Assembly: GCA_963977015.1 (NCBI GenBank)
Contig: CAXBMO010000025.1
Coordinates: 1-64,000, forward strand
DNA length: 64,000 nt
DNA from: an uncultured bacterium
Lineage (GTDB): Bacteria > Verrucomicrobiota > Verrucomicrobiia > Verrucomicrobiales > DEV007
Direction of reading: 5' to 3'
Every line of letters starts with the position of its first letter. Within the stretch, counting starts at the first letter, position 1. Below the pieces are notes generated by a model. It was not told the origin of the DNA, made no database searches, and saw nothing but the letters and a program-made list of their open reading frames with translations. A program made the position numbers and the translations under genes. Shown here one piece after another: positions 48,654 to 57,300 of the stretch.

Positions 48654-50832
48654 AGTGAGAATTCGCGCGCACGCGGATTTTCGAAAACGCGCCATCGTGT
48701 TCAATCTCGAAATCGTCAGCTGCAGCCGGCCTGCCATCAACTCGCCATTCGGCGTTTGGCATGGCCAAAACACTCTCAGCGGTCCACGATCCTTCCAGCC
48801 AGAGAACGCCGCGCGGCGAACGAAAATCAAACGATCCGGAGCCGGCTCCGAAGATCAATCGGCGCACTCGCAGTTTGCCCGCCCTCAGTTGCACCACGGC
48901 TTCGCCATCGCCGCCGCCTAGAAGAAGCATCTCGACTTCAATCTCGCCGTTGTCGATTTCCAGGGTCGCCAGATCGTGAACCAGCTCCAACGACCGTGCC
49001 GTCAGGCTGCCGCCCTCACGAACCCTCAACCGGCTGACGGTGTCAGGAAACTTTTCACCGTACTGAGCCATTCGGATCGTTCCATCGCCCCCATCCCAAA
49101 CTCCGCCATCGAGGTCGACCAGGGACTCGGCGTTATTCCGCCCGATGAAGACCGGAGACCGCGTCACCAGCTTGCCTTGAACGATCAGTTCGGCGCGGGC
49201 ACCCGGATTGAAGCCAACGATTAACTGCCCGAAGCCTGACTTCACCAACTCGCCGCTGGGTCCGATTCGCAAACGACCAGTCGAGTCATTGTGATTGGCG
49301 ATGACCACGCTCTGCTTGGTCGCGAACCGACGATCGATCCGCGCCTCGCCTTCGCCATCAATCACGATCTGATCGAGGGCTGGATCCGGCTTTCCGCCCA
49401 CCCAATTCGCCTCAGCATCCCAACTTCCACTGCGGCCCGCCCACACTGCGGTGGCGACCGATTTGCGTGCTCGCGAAGTCAGCCGCAACCGAACGTCATC
49501 CGCAAAATGGCCTTCGAATTCGTTTTCGTCGCGATCCGTTTCGTTTTCAAACGCCAGCAAGTCGATCAACAGAAAATCCGTTCCCGGCGGAACCGGCATG
49601 CTGACTTCGAGAGGCTCCCAAGTTTCAGGATCGTCATCGCTCAGGATCACCGAACTGGTAGCCGCGAGCCTTTCCGATGTGAGTTCGTTTTTGCGATCCC
49701 AAAAGGCTTTCGCCTCCTCGATCCGACCACGATAAGCGCCAATCCCGAGCCTGAATTGCGAATTCCCAACCCCGGACAGACGATTGAAAAAACTGCCGAG
49801 CTTTACGGTTACCTCACCCGTATTTACCCGATCGGAAAACGGGCGCAGATCGACGATTCGCCAGACCTCGGAAGCGCGCTGATCTCCAGCTTCGGTTTGC
49901 TCAGGAGAGTAGGTCGCGAGAAACTGAAGCATGCTCGCTCCACGAACCGGATGGATCGAACCGTCGGCGGATCTCGAAATGATGCGCGCGCCATCGCCGC
50001 TCCAGATTGCCGGTTCGGTTGGCATCCCCGCGCCGATTTGCTGACCCGGTTCGAACGAAGTTCCGAGATCAACCGGGAGTTCGTGAGCCGGCATGGGAAA
50101 GGTCCACGGCTCAGCTCCGAGCGTCAGCAACTGCTGAAACTTCGACGCCTCGTCATCGTGCAGGCGCAGCTTCTTTCCTCGAGCAACGATCTCGACTTCC
50201 CCCTCGAAAACATGAGTCTCAGACTGTCCACCGGCATCGACCCTCACCCCGAAACGCGTGCCGAAATCAATCGCTTCGCCTTCCGGCGTGACCACGGTGA
50301 AACCGACACCTGCTTTGTCCACATCCGCCGCGATGCTTCCCCGGTCGAGTCGCAATCGTTTCGGCCCAAGCACCTCAAATTTTGCCGGCCCTTCGATCGC
50401 GACGCGGACGCCCTTGCCGATTTCCAATTCGATCAACCCACGGCGAAGGCTAACCGTCTTGTTTGGCAATACATCGCCGAAAGGAGCCTCCCAAACCGCA
50501 TCGGTCGCGCTCGTGATGCGAGCAACGGACATTTGATCTCGCTCCGGCCAGATTGATTTCAGCGTCAGAAGAATGGCCACGAGCGCAGCCGCAGCGGAAA
50601 CCACGGCGATCCAGCTCCGGCGAATGGGCGGTTTCGTGTTGATCGGACTGAACGCGAAATCTCCGCCGTCCGAGAACAACTCGGCCAACGCGCCATGAAC
50701 CCGGCAACACGCCCTGAATTCATCCCGCGCCGCCTTGGATTTCGCCAGCTTCGCGTTGAGCACAGCCATCTCTTCCGCCGCCAGCGACTCATTCAGATAA
50801 TTGTCGATCAGCTCGTTCAAATCCGGATTCAT
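48652..50832 (-). CDS. FecR-type anti-sigma factor with extended periplasmic domains
   Basis: N-terminal anti-sigma helix, TM, FecR motifs (IEGPA.F, GFTVVTP, DFGTRFGV, HVFEGEV); C-terminal GSWDAEANW beta-helix-like region. Confidence 0.88.
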   Translation of the reverse strand: MNPDLNELIDNYLNESLAAEEMAVLNAKLAKSKAARDEFRACCRVHGALAELFSDGGDFAFSPINTKPPIRRSWIAVVSAAAALVAILLTLKSIWPERDQMSVARITSATDAVWEAPFGDVLPNKTVSLRRGLIELEIGKGVRVAIEGPAKFEVLGPKRLRLDRGSIAADVDKAGVGFTVVTPEGEAIDFGTRFGVRVDAGGQSETHVFEGEVEIVARGKKLRLHDDEASKFQQLLTLGAEPWTFPMPAHELPVDLGTSFEPGQQIGAGMPTEPAIWSGDGARIISRSADGSIHPVRGASMLQFLATYSPEQTEAGDQRASEVWRIVDLRPFSDRVNTGEVTVKLGSFFNRLSGVGNSQFRLGIGAYRGRIEEAKAFWDRKNELTSERLAATSSVILSDDDPETWEPLEVSMPVPPGTDFLLIDLLAFENETDRDENEFEGHFADDVRLRLTSRARKSVATAVWAGRSGSWDAEANWVGGKPDPALDQIVIDGEGEARIDRRFATKQSVVIANHNDSTGRLRIGPSGELVKSGFGQLIVGFNPGARAELIVQGKLVTRSPVFIGRNNAESLVDLDGGVWDGGDGTIRMAQYGEKFPDTVSRLRVREGGSLTARSLELVHDLATLEIDNGEIEVEMLLLGGGDGEAVVQLRAGKLRVRRLIFGAGSGSFDFRSPRGVLWLEGSWTAESVLAMPNAEWRVDGRPAAADDFEIEHDGAFSKIRVRANSH

Positions 50833-51350
50833 GTCGTCTTCAGTTGGCGTTCGATGCACTTTCGCAAACTCGCGCGAGCCCGCGAAAGGGCGACGTAAAC
50901 CGCGTTTGCTTCCCAGCCGATTCGTTCGGCGATGACGCCCGGTTTCAGCCCTTCGCGGTACTGCAACTCGATCATTCGACGCGGCTTCGCGGCGAGCTTG
51001 CCGAGACATTTTGTGAGGGCACGTATCTCTGCGGCGGCGCGACCGGGGTCGGCACCGTCGGTTTCGTCGGCCAGCAAATCGATCACCTCATCGCTGAGCC
51101 GGTTGCGGTCCCGCTTCTCCTTTCGCAATTGCTCGAGGACTTTGAACCGCGCGATCGTCAGCACCCACGCTTTGAAGTTTGTCTCCGGTTCGAAATCGTG
51201 CGCCTTCGCGGTCACGGTGAGGAAAACTTCCTGAACCACATCCTCCGCGGCGCTCGGATTGGGCAGAAGCGAAATCACGAAGTGCTTCACCATCGAAATA
51301 TTCTCGACGAACAGCTGCTGAACGCGGGTGGTGTGATCTTGCTGGGGCAT
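50829..51350 (-). CDS. ECF RNA polymerase sigma factor
   Basis: AEDVVQEVF, NFKAWVLTIARF, ALSRARASLRKCI. Confidence 0.93.
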   Translation of the reverse strand: MPQQDHTTRVQQLFVENISMVKHFVISLLPNPSAAEDVVQEVFLTVTAKAHDFEPETNFKAWVLTIARFKVLEQLRKEKRDRNRLSDEVIDLLADETDGADPGRAAAEIRALTKCLGKLAAKPRRMIELQYREGLKPGVIAERIGWEANAVYVALSRARASLRKCIERQLKTT

Positions 51351-51358
51351 TCCTCAAC

Positions 51359-51395
51359 TTATGAGAGAAATTCCGATTCCTTAGCAGGGAATTTC
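51359..51395 (-). promoter_or_regulatory. Putative autoregulatory ECF promoter
   Basis: Minus strand CCCTGCTAAG-N15-TCAT about 10 nt upstream of the ATG at 51350. Confidence 0.55.
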
Positions 51396-51539
51396 GATAT
51401 TCCGTCAATTCTCATCACCCAAAACTCCTGCGCGCCCAAACCGCAGCCTCCAAAAACCCGCCACGAACGCAAAGCTCCGGATTTTTTTGTCCAATAATCC
51501 GTCCTTCTGTGGACCTGGTGTGAGAGTTACGTTTCACCC

Positions 51540-52070
51540 ATGCCAAACACGGCCCCCAACAGCGATCACGAACAATTCACCCGCCTCCTCCTCGAAAGCG
51601 AACCGGTGATGCTGCGTTCCATTCTCGTCTCGGTGCCTCATCGGGCTGATGCCCGGGAGATCCTTCAGGAGACCGCCGTCGCGCTATGGCGCCAGTTCGA
51701 GACCTACGATCCGGCCCGACCGTTCCTCAACTGGGCGATGGGCTTTGCTCGCATCGAAACCCGGCGCTTCCTCTCCCGGGAATCCCGCCGGGCTCAACTC
51801 TCTGAACAAGCCATGGAAGTGCTGGAGCAGGAGATGCAGGGCACTCAGGAGTTCGACTCCGCCCTAGAGACCCATCTCGCCACCTGCCTCGGCAAACTCA
51901 ACGAAAAGGCCCAACGGCTGGTCCGGGGCTACTACCACGAGGGCCACAGCCCCGAAATCCTTTCACAACGCGAAAACCGCAGTGTTGAAGCGATCTACAA
52001 AACCATCCAACGCGCCCGCCGCGAACTGCAGGCGTGTATTGAACGAAAGATGAACTCTGAACTGGCATGA
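51540..52070 (+). CDS. ECF RNA polymerase sigma factor
   Basis: DAREILQETAVALW, FLNWAMGFAR, IQRARRELQACI. Confidence 0.93.
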   Translation: MPNTAPNSDHEQFTRLLLESEPVMLRSILVSVPHRADAREILQETAVALWRQFETYDPARPFLNWAMGFARIETRRFLSRESRRAQLSEQAMEVLEQEMQGTQEFDSALETHLATCLGKLNEKAQRLVRGYYHEGHSPEILSQRENRSVEAIYKTIQRARRELQACIERKMNSELA

Positions 52071-53041
52071 CTGATTCAACTGACTGGCAAGCCCTCATCC
52101 AGAAGCACCTCGATGGCCGATGCACCGAAGAGGAGGTCGCCGCGCTCTCTGACCAGATCGTGAACCGCGACGCCGTCCGATCTGATTACCTCAAGGCCGC
52201 CCGACTGCACGGTGTCCTCGGCGATGAAACCGTCGAACTGAATCCCAAAGTCATCCCCTTCTCTCCACCCACGCCGAAAAAGGATCTTCGCCTTCAGCCG
52301 ATCGCCTGGTCCCGGCAACTTGCTGCCGCAATCGTCACCGGCGCCTTCGTGGGACTGACGGGGATCGGGGTGGTCTGGGCCATGAACTCGCCTAGGTCGG
52401 AGGCGAGTTTCATTCCGATTGCCAATGGCGATTTTCAGTCCATGACAGGGCCGGTCGAAGCGGGTTTCCCGAATCGATTTGGCTACTGGAGTGGCAACCC
52501 GGCTGAAGTCGTTCAGGAACCCGACGGAAACCGGGTTCTCCGATTCCTTGAGACCGGAAACGTCATGGGCAATCCTGAGGGTGGTGCCTCCAACTGCTCG
52601 GTCTTTCAATTGGTCGATCTCACTTCCCTGCGCCGCCAATGGGAAGCAGATCGATCCGAGTCCCAGCTGACCCTGGAACTCAGTGCCCGATTTCGCCGTG
52701 AATCAGCGCCCAAGGATGCCGATCTGCCAAAACTCGACGCGAGCGTTCGTATCTATCTTTTCCAGGGTGAACCGGAATTTCTCAGCAGCAATTGGCCCAA
52801 TGTGGTGCGTGAAGCCGACGCCCTGGGCAAGCAGGCCATCAAGCTCAACCCTGGAGATGAAGCCGCAACCATCTCCACTTCCTGCCTCCTGAACTCGGAA
52901 GCGAACCTGGCGCTCATCGCGATCTCTGCCAACACGCGAATGGGTAGAACGACTCCCATTGAATTGGGCGGCTACTACGTAGATGACGTTCGACTCACCG
53001 CGATCAAACACCCCGTTCTTCCGGTCCGCTTTGTGAAATAA
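52067..53041 (+). CDS. Putative anti-sigma factor (single TM, periplasmic beta domain)
   Basis: ATGA overlap with ECF gene; LIQKHLDG..TEEE..AL anti-sigma N-terminus; TM; NGDFQ...YYVDDVRL. Confidence 0.8.
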   Translation: MTDSTDWQALIQKHLDGRCTEEEVAALSDQIVNRDAVRSDYLKAARLHGVLGDETVELNPKVIPFSPPTPKKDLRLQPIAWSRQLAAAIVTGAFVGLTGIGVVWAMNSPRSEASFIPIANGDFQSMTGPVEAGFPNRFGYWSGNPAEVVQEPDGNRVLRFLETGNVMGNPEGGASNCSVFQLVDLTSLRRQWEADRSESQLTLELSARFRRESAPKDADLPKLDASVRIYLFQGEPEFLSSNWPNVVREADALGKQAIKLNPGDEAATISTSCLLNSEANLALIAISANTRMGRTTPIELGGYYVDDVRLTAIKHPVLPVRFVK

Positions 53042-53072
53042 AAAAGCATTCTACTCACCAATTTTTAGCATA

Positions 53073-54359
53073 ATGAAAACCAACTTAAAACGCCGCCATT
53101 TTCTCCGCGGAGCTGGAGCCTTGATTGCCCTGCCCGCTCTGGAATCCATCGAATTTCGCCGCTTTGCTTCTGCGGCTGCAACCGCAGCGATTACGCCCCC
53201 GAAACGCGCCGTCTTTTTTGGAATCGGATTTGGCGTGACTAAAGAAACCTGGTTTCCCGATGTCAATCAAACCGGCACCGACTACGAACTGTCCGAAGGC
53301 CTTTCCCCGCTCGCACGTCACCAGTCCGACCTCACCGTCGTGCAAGGCTGCGCAAACCAGTACACGAACGAAGCGCACTGGGGCAGCACCTTCTGGCTCA
53401 CCGGCGCGAACCGCTATTCCGTTCCCGGTCAGAATATGGCCAACAGCATTTCGGTCGATCAGGTCGTCGCTCAAAACCTCGGACAGGATACCCGCTTTTC
53501 GTCCGTGCAACTGAATGGCTCCGACGAACAGGGACATGGCCCCGGGCTTTCGCTGGCCTGGGATCAGCGCGGCAAGCCGGTCGCCGGCCAAAACGATCCC
53601 GTCCAGGTTTTTCACAAGCTCTTCTCCGCCGACGACTTGCCGCTCGAACAACGAAAGGCCGCCATCGCCGAAAATCGCAGTGTTCTCGACGCCGTTCTCA
53701 GCGAAGCGAAGCGCGTGCAGCGCGGCCTTTCCAAAACCGACACCGACAAGCTCGACGAATATTTTCAGGGAATCCGCGACATCGAGACGCGCCTCAACAA
53801 AGACGAAGACTGGCTCGAAGTTCCCAAAGCAAAAGCCCCTCTCGAAGAACCGGAGCCCGGCCTGAAAGGGAAACCCGAGATCGAGATCATGCAGGATCTC
53901 ATCGTCGCGGCACTTCAGACTGACAGCACGCGTTCGCTCACCTACCGCATGCCCGGCCAGAGCCTTTTGCAAAGTCTCGACGTCAAACCCAGTGCTCACA
54001 ACGTGAGCCATTACTCTCCGGGAGATCGAATGGAAGGGTCAAAGCTGCGCGACAAAACTCACAGCGAATTGCTGGCCCGCTTCATCGACAAGCTGAAAGC
54101 GACACAGGAAGCCGACGGATCGAGTCTCTTCGATCACACCGCGGTGGCCTTCGGTTCGAATATCAGCTCCATTCATTACCTGACTAATTGTCCGACCATT
54201 CTCACCGGCGGCGGTGCCAATTTGAAACTCGGACAGCACCTCGTCCTGCCCGAAGACACCCCGCTCTGCAATGTCTGGCTGACGATGCTTCAGGGAATGG
54301 GAATCCAAGCGGAGCGCCACGGCGACAGCTCGGGAATTGTGAAGGAATTGCAGGCATGA
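53073..54359 (+). CDS. DUF1552 family protein (Tat)
   Basis: KRRHFLRGAGALIALPALES, SISVDQ, SVLDAV, D.DKLDEYF.GIRDIE, ALQTDSTR, H..SH. Confidence 0.93.
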   Translation: MKTNLKRRHFLRGAGALIALPALESIEFRRFASAAATAAITPPKRAVFFGIGFGVTKETWFPDVNQTGTDYELSEGLSPLARHQSDLTVVQGCANQYTNEAHWGSTFWLTGANRYSVPGQNMANSISVDQVVAQNLGQDTRFSSVQLNGSDEQGHGPGLSLAWDQRGKPVAGQNDPVQVFHKLFSADDLPLEQRKAAIAENRSVLDAVLSEAKRVQRGLSKTDTDKLDEYFQGIRDIETRLNKDEDWLEVPKAKAPLEEPEPGLKGKPEIEIMQDLIVAALQTDSTRSLTYRMPGQSLLQSLDVKPSAHNVSHYSPGDRMEGSKLRDKTHSELLARFIDKLKATQEADGSSLFDHTAVAFGSNISSIHYLTNCPTILTGGGANLKLGQHLVLPEDTPLCNVWLTMLQGMGIQAERHGDSSGIVKELQA

Positions 54360-57300
54360 GGCAGCGTCGAGAATTCACCATTTCACGAATCAACAGGGTA
54401 TGTTCGTTAATCATACCCTGTTGGATCGTCTGCATCGTCGCCGCGTTTTCTACCGGCTCGGCGGCGGACGAACCGGCTGCGATTTTTCCGGAAAAGCATT
54501 TCGCCTTTTTCGAAAAGAACTGCCTCGAGTGCCACGATTCCCTCACTGAAAAAGGGAAGGTGAATCTCGAAGAAATCCCTTTCCAGATCACGACGATCGC
54601 TGAAGCGGAGCTTTGGCAAAAGGTGCTCGACTCGATCAACTCCGGAGAAATGCCGCCGGAGGATGAGCCGCAACCGGACAACGTGGAGAAGGCTGATTTT
54701 CTCGATGCACTTGCGAATCTGATGGTCACGGCTCGGAAATCGCTTGCCGACACGGGCGGCGAGATCACGATGCGGCGGCTGAATCGACGGGAATATCAAA
54801 ACACGATCGAGCATCTCCTCGGTGTCAAACTGGATGTCAATTCGCTCCCGAGCGACGGTGGCGCGGGGAGTTTCGATACGGTGGGTGCCTCGCAGTTCAT
54901 GTCGAGCGATCAGATCGAGCAATACCTGAAACTCGGCCGCAGCGCGATTGGCGAGTGGTTCGAACGTCGGGCAGCGATGGGGCAGGAAACCAGAACCTTC
55001 CGGGTGGAGCCGGAGAACACCGTCAATGTGCAGAGCCGCGAGAACATGGCGAAGCAGGAGGAGGTGCAGGAACGTTACCTGCGCTGGAAAGCTGAGGTCG
55101 ACAAGGCCGCTCTCCTTCCTGAGAACGAGAAGGTCCTCGCTCAGCTTCGGGAGAAATTCAAACTCGACGATCTGACGGACAGCGTCCGGCTCTATCAAAA
55201 TGCGAACCTACTGAAGGGCACTCCTGATCCTACGAAATTCGGCTTCCGCGACGCCAACGCTGCATCCTTTTCCTACCAGGGCGGCTACGGCCGCACCCAC
55301 GCCTACATGAAGCAATACCTCGAGTTTCCTAACAGTGACCGGGGCACTTACCTGAAACTCGCCTGGGCCATTCAGCGCATCGATGTCACTCCCAAACCGG
55401 AGGATCTTCCTCCGGGCACCTACAAGCTGAGGATTCGGGCCGGCTCGGTGGAGGGATCCGATCCCTCCCGCCACTTTATCGAGGTCGGTCACCCCCAGCG
55501 CGTCAACCAGGTGCCCTTCGGCTTTTCCTCCAAGCCCATCGCCAGTCTGCAGGTCACCGGCACGGAAGAAATCCCGGAGGTCGTGGAAACCATCATTGAG
55601 ATCGGAGCCGACACCCCACGGGAATTCGGCATCCAGGAGCGCGTCCCGGCAGAGAGCAAAAAGACGATCAGCAGGGAATTCTATGCCTACAAACGGGAAA
55701 ACGGCTACGGCACCCCGCCCGCGATCTGGGTGGACTGGATTGAGCTGGAAGGTCCGTTACCCCGCAATGGGGTGGTGGTGGCCAAAACCCATCGCGTCGA
55801 GGTGGAGAAAACTGTCAACGTCAAGAATTTGGAGATCATCAAAGGTCAGGAACAAAAGTTTAAAGAAAAATGGCTTCCCTGGAAGGAAGGGGTCGACAAG
55901 GCGGCCAAAGATCCGGCGAATCAAGAGGTCATGGCTGAACTTCGCCAGGAGCATCCCCAACTCGATACGGAACCTCTCCGGCTCTACGAAAACGCCGGTC
56001 GTTTGAAGGGAGCACCCGACCCCCGGAAGTTTGGATTCGGGGATCCCATCAACGCCAACGCGCACTACAGGTCGATTCGGCGAATCCTCGACTACACGAA
56101 ACATTACGCAGAGCTTCCTCACAACGACCGGGGAGCTTACCTGAAACTTGTATCGGGGATCCAACGATTCGATGTGACCCCCGATCCGAAAGATGTGCCT
56201 CCCGGTAGCTACAAGCTTCGAGTTCGTGCCGGTACAGTGGAGGGCTCCGATCCATCCCGCCATTTCGTTGAGATCGGTCACCCTCAGCGTCGCAGTGCAA
56301 CTTCACTCGGCTTCACGAAACTACTCAGTACCCAACAAATTTCCGGCACCATCCAGAATCCGCAGATCATTGAGGTCGACATCGAAATTGGCGCAGCCAC
56401 CCCTCGCGATTTTGGCGTTCAGGAACGCCAGCCCAAATCAGCGAAACTTCTGAGGAAGGAGTTCGACAGTCACAAGAAGAAAAACGGCTACGGCACACCG
56501 CCCGCCATCTGGGTCGACTGGATCGAGCTCGAAGGGCCGATTCAAGATGCCGATGTAATTATGTCAGAAGTGACTCGCGTCGAGCCGGAAAAGACAGTCA
56601 ACCCCGCGAACGAAAAGGAGATCGCGGAGATCGAAGATGCTCACGCACGCTTCACCGAGTGGCAAAAGGGCGTCGATGAAGCCGTGAAGTCCCCGAAAAA
56701 TCAGGCGAAGATTGCCGAGCTTCGGAAAACTGAACCCAAGATCAATCACCCTCAGTGGTTCTACGAGTTTGCCGATCGACTCGAGGGCACGCCGGATCCC
56801 AAAGACTTCGGTTTCCGCGATTCCCAGAAAGCCGCCGCGAGCTATCCCCCGGGAGACCGGGCCAATCTGGCCTATCACAAACACTATGCCGCGCTCCCGC
56901 ATCGAGACCGTGGCACCTACCTGAAAGTCGCTCACGGAACCGGTCGAATCATAGTGTCGCCCGAAGAACTCCCTCTTGGCAACTACACGCTCCGCGTTCG
57001 CGCCGCCAAGGTCGAAGGCTCACCCGCCGGGCGTCACTTCATCGAGGTCGGGCATCCCCAGCGCGAGATCGAGGTCAGGAACTGGGGACTGAAGGGTCAG
57101 GCCATCAGCAGCCATCAGGTCACCGGAACAATCGAGAATCCTCAGGTCATCGAGATTCCGCTCGAAGTGGGAACCGAAACGATCAAGGAGTTCGCCATTC
57201 AGGAAAAGCAACCCAACAACGGCAACCTCAAAGCACTTTGGGATGCTCACAATAAACTGAAGGCCAAGAACGGTTACGGCCACCCGCCCGCGATCTGGAT

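Noticed and set aside
54188-54355. N-terminal extensions in the ORF track (also 50833-51009, 36892-37011, 34524-34589, 13836-13952)
   Set aside because: They overlap neighbouring genes or precede evident signal peptides; downstream ATGs chosen
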